Positions 37,744 to 46,939 of a DNA stretch of 51,775 bases are shown piece after piece. The position numbers and the translations under genes are program-made. This DNA comes from an uncultured Muribaculaceae bacterium (GTDB lineage Bacteria; Bacteroidota; Bacteroidia; Bacteroidales; Muribaculaceae). The DNA lies in assembly GCA_947628285.1 (NCBI GenBank), contig CANQZK010000001.1:1-51775 (forward strand). Direction: 5' to 3'. Below the pieces are notes generated by a model. The model had not been told where the DNA came from and made no database searches. It worked only from the letters and a program-made list of their open reading frames with translations. Positions within the stretch are counted from its first letter, which is position 1; the number at the start of each line of letters is the position of its first letter.

Positions 37744-37788
37744 AAAATCGGCCTAATTCGCGAAATTACAGCGAATTAGGCCGATTTT
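37744..37788. terminator. Bidirectional terminator between tcdA and dtd
   Basis: Perfect 18-bp stem AAAATCGGCCTAATTCGC / GCGAATTAGGCCGATTTT between convergent genes. Confidence 0.8.
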
Positions 37789-37799
37789 AGCTTGTACGC

Positions 37800-38252
37800 T
37801 TACTCGCGCAAACGGGAATCGATGATGATGGTGACGGGGCCGTCGTTGGTAAGCGACACCTTCATGTCCGCTCCGAAGCGTCCTGAGGCTGTCTGACGGC
37901 CAGTGCGGACACTGATCAGTTCCTTGTACAGCTCGTACAGTCGCGTGGCCATCTCGTGCCCTGCAGCGCGTATGTAGGAGGGGCGGTTGCCCTTGCGCGT
38001 CGACGCCGTGAGCGTGAACTGGCTTACGGCGAGCACCTCGCCGCCGACATCGCACACCGAGCGGTTCATCACGCCCTTGTCATCGTCAAAGATGCGCAGG
38101 GCGCAGGTCTTGTCGGCCAGCCAGCGGCAATCGTCGTCGGTGTCGCCTTCCTCCACGCCCACCAATACCATCAGGCCGCGGCCTATGTGGCCTATCGTTT
38201 CGCCGTCGACGCTGACGGACGCCTCAGTTACTCGTTGTATTACTATCCTCAT
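37800..38252 (-). CDS. dtd: D-aminoacyl-tRNA deacylase
   Basis: MRIVIQRV, LRIFDD, VSQFTL, KGNRPSY, FGADM, NDGPVT. Confidence 0.96.
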   Translation of the reverse strand: MRIVIQRVTEASVSVDGETIGHIGRGLMVLVGVEEGDTDDDCRWLADKTCALRIFDDDKGVMNRSVCDVGGEVLAVSQFTLTASTRKGNRPSYIRAAGHEMATRLYELYKELISVRTGRQTASGRFGADMKVSLTNDGPVTIIIDSRLRE

Positions 38253-40077
38253 TTTCAGTGTCCTGCGGTTTGTTAAGAGCGTTCATAAGCAGGGTGGCGC
38301 GGGCCTTTCCCACCAGGGCGGCCACCTCGTCGAGCGGTGCCTCGCGCAGCCGTTTCACGCTCTTAAAGTGTTGTAACAGAGTGGCTTTAGTCTTGTCTCC
38401 GATGCCCTTGATTTCATCAAGTTCGCTCACGATGGCGTTCTTGCTGCGGCGGTTGCGGTGGTGCGTGATACCGAAGCGGTGGGCCTCGTCGCGCAGGTGT
38501 TGCACGATGCGCAGCGAGTCGCTGTGCTTGTCGATGTACAGCGGGGCGCTGTCGCCCGGAAAATATATTTCCTCCAGGCGCTTGGCTATGCCCACAACGG
38601 CTATGGTGCCGCGCAGACCTATGCTGTCCAGAGCCTCCACGGCCGCGCTGAGCTGGCCCTTGCCGCCGTCCACCACTACGAGCTGGGGCAGTTCCTCGCC
38701 TTCCTCCATCAGGCGCGTGTAGCGGCGTGTCAGCACCTCGCGCATCGAGGCGAAGTCGTCCGGGCCCTCCACGGTCTTGATGTTGAAATGGCGGTAATCA
38801 CGCTTGCTGGGCTTGGCGTCGCGAAACACCACGCATGAGGCCACCGGGTTTGTGCCCTGGATGTTCGAGTTGTCGAAACACTCGATGTGGCGGGGCAGTT
38901 CGGTGAGGCGGAAATCGGCCTTCATGCGCTCCAGAATCTGCTCGGTGCGCTGTTCGGGGTCGTGCTTGGCCATGTGTTTGAGGTCGTCGATGCGGTTCTG
39001 GCGCGCATTGCGCTGCGAGACCTCTAACAGTTTGGCCTTGTCGCCGCGCCGTGGAACGGTGAATGATACCTGCGGCATCTCCACCTCAGGTATGACGGGC
39101 ACGATGACCTCGTCATACTCCACGCCCAACGAGCCGGCGATCTCCGACATGGCGTAGCCGAGTATCTGGGCATGGTCCTCTTCCAACGAGCGCTTGTAGC
39201 GCAGCGTGACGGAGCGCACCACCGCACCGTGGCGCACGTGCATGTAATTGACGTATATGTCCGTATCGGCGGCGTCGCCGTCAATCCCGAACACGTCAAC
39301 ATCCTGCACCGTCTGGCTGACGATGACGCTGCGCGACTGATAGTTCTCCAGCAGGCGGTACTGCTGCTTGAGTTCCTCGGCCTCCTCGAACTTCAGTTCG
39401 CCGGCCAGGCGGGCCATCTCGTCGCGCAGATAGGTCATGAGCTGGCCCGTTTCGCCGCGCAGAATCTGTTTGATGTTGGCTATATTTGCCTGATACTCCT
39501 CGGGCGATACTAGACCCGTGCAGCAGCCGTTGCAGCGCTTGATGTGGTATTGCAGGCACAGGCGGCCGCGGCCCTTGCGCAGGTAATCCGGCGTAATGGG
39601 TATGCGGCAGGTGCGCAGCGGGTACAGGGCGCGGATGAGCTCCAGCACGGTCTTAGCCACGGCCGTGTTGGTGTAGGGGCCGTAGTATTTCGAGCCGTCG
39701 CGGATGTGCTGGCGGGTCAGGAACACGCGCGGATAAAGCTCGTTGGTCACCACAATCCAGGGGTAGGACTTATCGTCCTTGAGCAGCACGTTGTAGCGCG
39801 GCTTGTACTCCTTGATCATGGAGTTTTCCAGGTTGAGTGCGTCCTGCTCCGTGGGCACGACGATGTACTTCATGTCGGCGATGTTGCGCAACAGGATGTT
39901 TGTGCGCAGCACGTCGTGCGTGCGGTTGAAGTAGGACGATACGCGTCGTTTCAGGTTCTTGGCCTTGCCCACATAAATGACGTTACCCTCGGCGTCGTAG
40001 TAAATGTACACGCCGGGGGTATCGGGCAGGAATGATATTTTTTCTCTGAGAGCTTCAGATTTGAGGTGCTTGGGCAT
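38224..40077 (-). CDS. uvrC: Excinuclease ABC subunit C
   Basis: GIY-YIG PGVY..IYVGKAKNLKRRVSSYF, ECFDNSN, VDGGKGQL, RDEAHRFGI, HhH motif. Confidence 0.97.
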   Translation of the reverse strand: MPKHLKSEALREKISFLPDTPGVYIYYDAEGNVIYVGKAKNLKRRVSSYFNRTHDVLRTNILLRNIADMKYIVVPTEQDALNLENSMIKEYKPRYNVLLKDDKSYPWIVVTNELYPRVFLTRQHIRDGSKYYGPYTNTAVAKTVLELIRALYPLRTCRIPITPDYLRKGRGRLCLQYHIKRCNGCCTGLVSPEEYQANIANIKQILRGETGQLMTYLRDEMARLAGELKFEEAEELKQQYRLLENYQSRSVIVSQTVQDVDVFGIDGDAADTDIYVNYMHVRHGAVVRSVTLRYKRSLEEDHAQILGYAMSEIAGSLGVEYDEVIVPVIPEVEMPQVSFTVPRRGDKAKLLEVSQRNARQNRIDDLKHMAKHDPEQRTEQILERMKADFRLTELPRHIECFDNSNIQGTNPVASCVVFRDAKPSKRDYRHFNIKTVEGPDDFASMREVLTRRYTRLMEEGEELPQLVVVDGGKGQLSAAVEALDSIGLRGTIAVVGIAKRLEEIYFPGDSAPLYIDKHSDSLRIVQHLRDEAHRFGITHHRNRRSKNAIVSELDEIKGIGDKTKATLLQHFKSVKRLREAPLDEVAALVGKARATLLMNALNKPQDTENEDSNTTSN

Positions 40078-40112
40078 CAGTGTAAGTGGAGAGAGGGTGG
40101 GGAGCCGGCGGC

Positions 40113-40631
40113 TCAGTACTTGATGAGGGACGAAACCTCGACATCGGCGGGCAGGGCTTCGCGGCCGTTGAGGGCGCCGAGCTCCACGATGAAGTTGATG
40201 TAGATTTTCTTGGGGTTCATGCTCTTGACCAGACGGTATGCGGCAGCCATAGTGCCGCCGGTGGCCAGGACGTCGTCGTGGATTACAACGACATCGTCGG
40301 GTGTGATGGCGTCGGCGTGCATCTCGATTGTGTCAGTGCCGTATTCCTTCTCGTACGACTCGCGCACGGTGTCGGCGGGCAGTTTGCCGGGCTTGCGTGC
40401 GGGCACGAAACCGGCGCCTAATTCAAAGGCAAGAATCGAGCCGCCGATGAAGCCGCGTGACTCGATGCCGACCACCTTGGTGACGCCCTTGTCGCGGTAC
40501 ATCTGTGAGAGGTCCCAGCCGATGATGTGCAGGGCGCGGGGGTCCTTGAACGCAGTAGTGAGGTCGCGGAACATGATGCCCTTTGAGGGGAAGTCCGCCA
40601 CGTCGCGGATTTTTGACTTGATGTATTCCAT
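40113..40631 (-). CDS. apt: Adenine phosphoribosyltransferase
   Basis: DFPSKGIMFRDLT, GIESRGF, RKPGKLP, YEKEYG, HDDVLATGGT. Confidence 0.96.
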   Translation of the reverse strand: MEYIKSKIRDVADFPSKGIMFRDLTTAFKDPRALHIIGWDLSQMYRDKGVTKVVGIESRGFIGGSILAFELGAGFVPARKPGKLPADTVRESYEKEYGTDTIEMHADAITPDDVVVIHDDVLATGGTMAAAYRLVKSMNPKKIYINFIVELGALNGREALPADVEVSSLIKY

Positions 40632-40682
40632 ATCAGTAAGATATTCTATAATTTATTGAAAATAACAAAGTTGGGTGGCAAT

Positions 40683-40698
40683 TGTTTCACGTGGAACA
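40683..40698. promoter_or_regulatory. parS centromere-like site
   Basis: TGTTTCACGTGGAACA, one change from the TGTTTCACGTGAAACA consensus; palindrome extends to ATTGTTTCACGTGGAACAAT. Confidence 0.85.
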
Positions 40699-40699
40699 A

Positions 40700-42580
40700 T
40701 CACCGGTTGAGCATCAGCAGCAATATATTCACGTCGCTCGGTGAGATGCCGGGGATGCGTGAGGCCTGGCCGATGGTCTCGGGGCGGATGCGTTCCAGTT
40801 TCTGCCGGGCCTCGGTGGAGAGGGCCTTGAGCGAAGCGAAATCGAATCCGCCGGGGATGCGTACATCCTCCAGTCGGCGCAGCTTTTCGGCTATCAGTTT
40901 TTCGCGTTCTATGTAGCCGCTGTATTTGATCAGAATCTCGGCCGCCTCAACTATCTCGTCGCGGCGGTCGGCGGGGAAGTCTGCCACCAGCGCGGCTAAC
41001 GACTCGATGTGCGGTATCAGCATAGGCAGGTTCAGTTGCGGACGTGCCACCAGGTCGATCAGCTTGACCGACTGTGTCAGCGGCGACGAGCCTGCCTGCT
41101 CCAGCAGCGGGTTGATGTCGGCGGCGCGGACGGTCAGTGTGCGCGCTAACTCAATCAGTTCGTCGCGCAGGCGGCGCTTCTCCTGCATCAGTTCGTAGCG
41201 CTCCTTGTCGGCCAGTCCTAACTCGTAGGCCTTGGGGGTAAGACGCATGTCGGCATCGTCCTGACGCAGCAGTATGCGGTATTCGGCGCGCGAGGTGAAC
41301 ATACGGTAGGGTTCGTCCACGCCCTTGGTCACAAGGTCGTCTATGAGCACGCCTATGTAAGCCTCGTCGCGGCCCAGCGTGAACTGCTCGCGGCCAAGTG
41401 CGGCAAGAGCCGCGTTGGCTCCGGCCACAAGACCCTGTCCGGCGGCTTCCTCGTAGCCCGTGGTGCCGTTGATCTGTCCGGCGAAGTAAAGGCCGGGCAC
41501 AAGGGTTGTTTCAAGGGTGTGGCGCAACTGGGTGGGGTCGAAGAAATCGTATTCTATGGCGTAGCCGGGACGGTAAATCTGCACGTCGGCCAGTGCGGGG
41601 ATGGTCTGCAGCGCCTCAATCTGCACCGACATGGGCAGCGATGACGAGAAGCCGTTCAGATAGTATTCCTGTGTGGTCTCGCCCTCAGGTTCGAGGAAAA
41701 GCTGGTGTTCCGTCTTGTCGGCGAAGGTGACGATTTTAGTTTCGATTGACGGGCAGTAGCGTGGACCGATGCTCTTGATCTGGCCGTTGTACAGGGGCGA
41801 ATCCTCCAGGCCGCCGCGCAGCACATCATGGGTACGCTCGGAGGTGTACACTATGTGGCAGTCGCGTTGCTGCAGCTCGCGGTGCACCCACGGCAGGTAG
41901 GAGAACTTGTGGTTGTCGTTGTCGCCGCCCTGCGTGGCGGTCATCTCCCAGTGCACCGAGCGGCCGTCGATGCGCACGGGCGTGCCCGTCTTCATGCGGC
42001 CGGCACGGAACCCGAGGGCCGCCAGTTGTTCGGTCAGGCCGTGGACGGCAGGCTCAGATATGCGGCCGCCCTCAAACATGGTGCGGCCTATATGCATAAG
42101 ACCGTTCAGGAAGGTGCCGTTGGTCAGCACCACGGTGCGGGCGGTGAATTCGGCGCCCTCCACGGTGGCGACGCCGCGCACGCGGCCGTCGTCGGCCATC
42201 AGCAGGCGGTTCACATTGTCCTGCCACATGTACAGGCCGGGCGTGTTTTCAAGTGTTTCACGCCACAGGTTTGAGAATTTGGTGCGGTCGCTCTGCGCGC
42301 GGGGACTCCACATGGCCGGGCCCTTCGAGCGGTTGAGCATGCGGAACTGAATGGCCGTGCGGTCGGTGATTATGCCCGTCAGGCCGCCCATGGCGTCGAT
42401 TTCGCGCACAATCTGGCCCTTGGCAATGCCGCCAATGGCCGGATTGCAGCTCATCTGGGCTATCTTGTGCATGTCAAGGGTTATGAGCAGCGTGCGCGCG
42501 CCCAGACGGGCCGACGCAGCCGCCGCCTCGCAGCCGGCATGACCGGCTCCCACAACTATGACGTCGTAATCGAATATCAT
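40700..42580 (-). CDS. mnmG: tRNA uridine-5-carboxymethylaminomethyl(34) synthesis enzyme MnmG (GidA)
   Basis: VVGAGHAGCEAA, MSCNPAIGG, GPRYCPSIE, AGQINGTTGYEEAAGQG, EPYRMFTSRAEYR. Confidence 0.98.
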   Translation of the reverse strand: MIFDYDVIVVGAGHAGCEAAAASARLGARTLLITLDMHKIAQMSCNPAIGGIAKGQIVREIDAMGGLTGIITDRTAIQFRMLNRSKGPAMWSPRAQSDRTKFSNLWRETLENTPGLYMWQDNVNRLLMADDGRVRGVATVEGAEFTARTVVLTNGTFLNGLMHIGRTMFEGGRISEPAVHGLTEQLAALGFRAGRMKTGTPVRIDGRSVHWEMTATQGGDNDNHKFSYLPWVHRELQQRDCHIVYTSERTHDVLRGGLEDSPLYNGQIKSIGPRYCPSIETKIVTFADKTEHQLFLEPEGETTQEYYLNGFSSSLPMSVQIEALQTIPALADVQIYRPGYAIEYDFFDPTQLRHTLETTLVPGLYFAGQINGTTGYEEAAGQGLVAGANAALAALGREQFTLGRDEAYIGVLIDDLVTKGVDEPYRMFTSRAEYRILLRQDDADMRLTPKAYELGLADKERYELMQEKRRLRDELIELARTLTVRAADINPLLEQAGSSPLTQSVKLIDLVARPQLNLPMLIPHIESLAALVADFPADRRDEIVEAAEILIKYSGYIEREKLIAEKLRRLEDVRIPGGFDFASLKALSTEARQKLERIRPETIGQASRIPGISPSDVNILLLMLNR

Positions 42581-42605
42581 CTATATATCTTTGATTGACA
42601 ATATG

Positions 42606-43028
42606 TTAGCTAAGCATAGCCAGGGCGCGGTCCTCGTTGGCTTCCATGATTTCGCGTTCGCCCGGGCCCTTGTCGTTTATGCCGCAGAGGTGCAGCACGC
42701 CGTGTACTATAACACGGTGAAGCTCAGTGAGATAATCCGCGCCGATACCCTCGGCGTTGGTGCGTACCGTATCCAGCGATATGAACATATCGCCGCTGAT
42801 CAGGCGTCCGCGCGAATTGTCGAAGGTGATTATATCCGTATAATAATCGTGGTTGAGGAACTGACGGTTGACTTCTATGATTTTGTCATCGTTGCAGAAG
42901 ATGTATGTCAGTTCGCCGACAATTCGTCCGTGGTCATGCGCTACATTGATGAGCCAGTCGCGGCAGACCGCCGTGTCAATCTGAGGCATTTCGACGTCCT
43001 CGGTAAGCCATTGGATAGAGTTGAGCAT
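42606..43028 (-). CDS. ybeY: rRNA maturation endoribonuclease YbeY
   Basis: NRQFLNHDYYTDIITF, GDMFIS, HRVIVHGVLHLCG. Confidence 0.95.
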   Translation of the reverse strand: MLNSIQWLTEDVEMPQIDTAVCRDWLINVAHDHGRIVGELTYIFCNDDKIIEVNRQFLNHDYYTDIITFDNSRGRLISGDMFISLDTVRTNAEGIGADYLTELHRVIVHGVLHLCGINDKGPGEREIMEANEDRALAMLS

Positions 43029-43048
43029 TCTGAGCTGAAATTGAGTTA

Positions 43049-43080
43049 CAAAGGTAGTCAATTTGTTGTGATGTAGCAAA
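43049..43080 (-). promoter_or_regulatory. Promoter of ybeY-mnmG
   Basis: TTTG (43080-43077), N20, TACCTTTG (43056-43049). Confidence 0.7.
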
Positions 43081-43084
43081 TAAA

Positions 43085-43255
43085 TTGTGGGGGATGTGAC
43101 GTATGTGTCTTATGTGGAGGATGTGTCTTATGTGGAGGATGTGACTTATGTGACGTATGTTTCTTACGCTACATAAGAAACATAAATCACATAAGACACA
43201 TAAGAAACATACGCCACATAAGTCACATAAATCACATAAGTCACATCAGACACAT
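43085..43255. repeat. Head-to-head 9-bp tandem repeat array (9 + 10 units)
   Basis: Left units ATGTG(A/T)CTT-like 43085-43165; right units AAG(T/A)CACAT-like 43166-43255; exact 9-nt register throughout. Confidence 0.9.
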
Positions 43256-43297
43256 ATGTTATTTTCTTTTTTTATTTTTTTATATAGAGATATGTGC

Positions 43298-43305
43298 TAT
43301 CTTTG
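43298..43305 (+). promoter_or_regulatory. -7 promoter element of the nucleoside kinase operon
   Basis: TATCTTTG ending 5 nt before the ATG. Confidence 0.6.
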
Positions 43306-43310
43306 CAGTT

Positions 43311-44981
43311 ATGACAAACACTCTGAAAATTTACTGCGTCAATATATCGGAATATGTCGAGGTGGCGGGCGGTGAAACGCTGGGCGAACTGGCCGCGCGT
43401 CTGCGTCCCCGACTGGGTTTCGAGCCTATCAGCGCCCGCGTCAACAATAAAAACGAGGCGTTGGCCTTCCCCCTGTATCAGCCCAAGATGGTTGAGTTCC
43501 TGCCGGTGACGTCGCCGTCGGGCCACCGCAGCTATGTGCGGTCGCTGTGCATGGTGCTGTACCGTGCCGTGAGCCGCCTGTTGCCGGCGGCGCGGCTGAG
43601 CATAGAACATTCCATGTCGCGCGGATATTTCTGCACCTTAGGCCCGGGCACTGACTGCACGGCCGCTACGGTGGCACGTATCCAGAACGAGATGCGCCGC
43701 ATTGTCGAGGCCGATATGCCCCTGGAACGCACCGAGGCGCTCACCGCCGACGCCATCGAGATTTTCCGCCGTCAGGGCCTGGACGACAAGGTGCGCCTGC
43801 TGGAGACTACCCATGAGCTCTATACCACCTACTACACCCTGGACGGTATCTGCGACAGCTTTTACGGCACCTTGGCACCGCGCACGGGCATGCTCACCGA
43901 CTGGGAGCTGCGGCCCTTCAAGGACGGCTTCCTGTTGGTGGTTTTCGACCCCGAGCACCCCGGTTGCCTGCCCGAGCATATCGACCAGGAGAAGATGTAC
44001 CGCGCCTTCACGGACTACGTGCTGTTCAACCGCATTGTGGGCGTGCGCAACGCCGGCGAGCTTAACGAGGGCATACAGCATCGCCGCGGCGCCGACATTG
44101 TCAACGTGGCCGAAGCCCTGCACGAGAAGCAGATAGCCCGCATCAGCGACGACATCACGGAGCGCTACCGCAACGGCGGCGCCCGCATTGTGCTGATAGC
44201 CGGCCCGTCGTCGTCGGGCAAGACCACCACCACCAAGCGCCTGGGCATCCAGCTGACCACCAATCTGCTAAAGCCCTGCCTGATATCGCTTGACAATTAT
44301 TTCATTGACCGCGAGAAGACGCCCCGCGACGCATCCGGCGACTATGACTACGAGTCGCTCTACGCCCTGGACCTGGAGCAGTTCAACCGCGATCTCAACG
44401 CCCTCATTGCGGGCGAGGAAGTGGAGTTGCCCACATACAACTTCGAGTCCGGGCGCCGCATCTACACCGGACACCGCATGAAGCTGGACCACGGCTCCAT
44501 CCTGCTCATCGAGGGCATCCACGGGCTCAATCCGGCCCTGACGGCCCACATCCCGGAAGAGATGAAATACCGCGTGTACGTATCGGCGCTGACCACCATC
44601 AAAATCGACGACCACAATTGGATTCCCACCACCGACAACCGCCTGCTGCGCCGCATAATCCGCGACCACAAGTACCGCGGCACCTCGGCCGTGGAGACCA
44701 TCCGCCGCTGGCCCAGCGTGCGCCGCGGCGAGGAAAAGTGGATTTTCCCCTACCAGGAGAACGCCGACGCCACTTTCAACTCGTCGCTGCTCTATGAACT
44801 GAGCGTGATGCGCGAGGTGGCCGAGCCGATTCTCAAAAAAGTGCCCCACGACGTAGTGGAGTACTCCGAGGCCTACCGTCTGCTCAAATTCCTGAGCTAC
44901 TTCACGCCGGCCGACCTCCGTGCCGTTCCGTCCACCTCGCTGCTGCGCGAATTCCTCGGCGGCAGCTCGTTCAAATACTGA
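43311..44981 (+). CDS. Nucleoside (uridine) kinase with N-terminal threonyl-tRNA synthetase-like domains
   Basis: VNN...YVRSL...IEHSMSRGYF (ThrRS N-terminal-like); IAGPSSSGKTT, SLDNYF, EGIHGLNP, RRIIRD. Confidence 0.88.
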   Translation: MTNTLKIYCVNISEYVEVAGGETLGELAARLRPRLGFEPISARVNNKNEALAFPLYQPKMVEFLPVTSPSGHRSYVRSLCMVLYRAVSRLLPAARLSIEHSMSRGYFCTLGPGTDCTAATVARIQNEMRRIVEADMPLERTEALTADAIEIFRRQGLDDKVRLLETTHELYTTYYTLDGICDSFYGTLAPRTGMLTDWELRPFKDGFLLVVFDPEHPGCLPEHIDQEKMYRAFTDYVLFNRIVGVRNAGELNEGIQHRRGADIVNVAEALHEKQIARISDDITERYRNGGARIVLIAGPSSSGKTTTTKRLGIQLTTNLLKPCLISLDNYFIDREKTPRDASGDYDYESLYALDLEQFNRDLNALIAGEEVELPTYNFESGRRIYTGHRMKLDHGSILLIEGIHGLNPALTAHIPEEMKYRVYVSALTTIKIDDHNWIPTTDNRLLRRIIRDHKYRGTSAVETIRRWPSVRRGEEKWIFPYQENADATFNSSLLYELSVMREVAEPILKKVPHDVVEYSEAYRLLKFLSYFTPADLRAVPSTSLLREFLGGSSFKY

Positions 44982-44984
44982 CCT

Positions 44985-45764
44985 ATGCGCAAGCTGCTGT
45001 TAGCCCTCATGCTGATGTGCCTGCTGCCGCAGGCACGGGCCGAGCGACCCGATACGGGCGCCGTGGCCGCCGACTCGGTGCGCTACGCAGTGTTGTCGCG
45101 CCGCGCCGACCGCTCATTCGACGGCGGCGAGTGGGCCAGCGCCGCCGCCCTGTACCAGCTCATGCTGGACCTGCGGCCCGACTCGGCCGGCGTCTACGCC
45201 CGCGGCATAGTGGCCGCCGAGATGGCCGCCGACACCCTCTCGACGCTCAATCTCACGGGTCGCGCCATGGCCAACGGCGTGGGCCTGGCACAGCTGTTGG
45301 AGCGCGTCCGCACCACCACCTTCGACCTGGGCCGCGGCGACAACTACGGCGTGCTGCTGCACCGCCTGCGCCGCAATTTCAGCTGGATGGCCCGCGCCGT
45401 GGACAATGAGCTGCTGGAATACTACACCTTCCGCGACGACGGCCCCATGATAGTGCGCTATGCCTCCATGATGCTGCGCGGCCTGCCCAACAGCCGCGAC
45501 TACCGCATGCTGTTGGCCCGCGGCTACATGCTGTCAGGCGACGACGAGGCCGCCGCCCGCCAGAGGCGCTCCGTGGTCAACGACGATCCCCGCTGCTACG
45601 ATGCCCTGATAGCCCTGGGCAACTACCTGCACCAGCGGGGCCGCGATGTAGAGGCCGGCCCGCTGCTGACACGCGCCATGGAGCTGCGTCCCACGCCCTA
45701 CGTGGCAGCCATACTTGACCGAATCTACCCAACACACGATAAGAAAAAGAAACGGAAAAACTGA
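44985..45764 (+). CDS. Secreted TPR-like hypothetical protein
   Basis: Signal peptide ending ARA; helical repeats such as YDALIALGNY...LTRAMELRP; operon spacing. Confidence 0.7.
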   Translation: MRKLLLALMLMCLLPQARAERPDTGAVAADSVRYAVLSRRADRSFDGGEWASAAALYQLMLDLRPDSAGVYARGIVAAEMAADTLSTLNLTGRAMANGVGLAQLLERVRTTTFDLGRGDNYGVLLHRLRRNFSWMARAVDNELLEYYTFRDDGPMIVRYASMMLRGLPNSRDYRMLLARGYMLSGDDEAAARQRRSVVNDDPRCYDALIALGNYLHQRGRDVEAGPLLTRAMELRPTPYVAAILDRIYPTHDKKKKRKN

Positions 45765-45781
45765 AATCTATACTCATACCT

Positions 45782-46867
45782 ATGGACAAAAAACACCTTT
45801 ACTGCGTGATAATGTGCGGCGGCATCGGCAGCCGATTCTGGCCCAACAGCCGCACCGACATGCCCAAACAGTTCCATGACTTCCTGGGCACGGGCCGCTC
45901 GCTGCTGCAGATGAGCTATGACCGCATACTGCCCCTCGTTCCCAAAGAAAACATATTCCTGCTCACCAACGCCATGTACGCCGGCAAAATCAAGGAGCAA
46001 CTGCCCGACCTTGAGGACAGTCAGATTCTGCTCGAGCCGGCCCGGCGCAACACGGCGCCCTGCATAGCCTGGGCGGCCTACCACATCGCCGCCATCGACC
46101 CCGAGGCTACCATGGTCGTGGCGCCCAGCGACCACCTCATCACCCGCGAAGTTGAGTTCCTGGACAGCATCGCCAAGGGCATGGAGTTCGCACAGAGCCA
46201 TGACGCCCTGCTGACCTTGGGCATATCGCCCACACGCCCCGAAACCGGCTACGGATACATCCAGGTAGGCCCCGCCGCCCTGGAAGGAATACACCACGTC
46301 AAGACGTTCACCGAGAAGCCCGATATCGAGCTGGCCAAGACGTTCCTGGCCACGGGCGAGTTCTTCTGGAACTCCGGCATCTTCATCTGGAGCGCCGCGT
46401 CTATAATCAAGGCCCTGGAGGCCTGCGCGCCCGACCTGGCCGCCATATTCGACCGCGGCCGCGGCGAGTTCGGCACGCCCGCCGAGCGCGAGTTCATCGC
46501 CGCCAACTTCCCCTCCTGCCCGTCCATATCCATTGACTACGCCGTGATGGAACGTGCGTCAAACGTCTACCTGGAGACCGTCAGCTTCGGGTGGAACGAT
46601 CTGGGCACATGGGGCTCGCTCTACGACCAGTCGCCCAAGAACCGCGACGGCAACGTGGCCCAGAGTTGCCGCCTGCTGTCCTACGACAGCACCGGCAACA
46701 TCTTCGCCGTCAAGGACCCCGACAAGCTCATCGTGGTGGACGGCCTGAAGGACTACATCGTGGCCGACGCCGGCGACGTGCTGCTGATCTGCCCCAAGGC
46801 CGCCGAGCAGCGCATCCGCCAGATGGTTAACGACGCACGCGTGACCTACGGCGAGAAGTACATCTGA
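45782..46867 (+). CDS. manC: Mannose-1-phosphate guanylyltransferase
   Basis: VIMCGGIGSRFWP..R...PKQF, EPARRNTAPC, PSDH, PETGYGYI, FTEKP, WNSGIF, SIDYAVME, WNDLGTW. Confidence 0.93.
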   Translation: MDKKHLYCVIMCGGIGSRFWPNSRTDMPKQFHDFLGTGRSLLQMSYDRILPLVPKENIFLLTNAMYAGKIKEQLPDLEDSQILLEPARRNTAPCIAWAAYHIAAIDPEATMVVAPSDHLITREVEFLDSIAKGMEFAQSHDALLTLGISPTRPETGYGYIQVGPAALEGIHHVKTFTEKPDIELAKTFLATGEFFWNSGIFIWSAASIIKALEACAPDLAAIFDRGRGEFGTPAEREFIAANFPSCPSISIDYAVMERASNVYLETVSFGWNDLGTWGSLYDQSPKNRDGNVAQSCRLLSYDSTGNIFAVKDPDKLIVVDGLKDYIVADAGDVLLICPKAAEQRIRQMVNDARVTYGEKYI

Positions 46868-46888
46868 CGCCCCTGCGGCTATAACACA

Positions 46889-46923
46889 ACAGAGCCGGGC
46901 CCCTGTGCGGGGTCCGGCTCTGT
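46889..46923. terminator. Hairpin terminator between convergent genes
   Basis: ACAGAGCCGGGCCCC-TGTGC-GGGGTCCGGCTCTGT. Confidence 0.75.
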
Positions 46924-46939
46924 CTGTGTATAGGGTCTG

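Noticed and set aside
43157-43375. His/Lys-rich 72-aa ORF (HKKHKSHK...)
   Set aside because: It is the translation of the 9-mer array and runs across the promoter and start of the nucleoside kinase gene.
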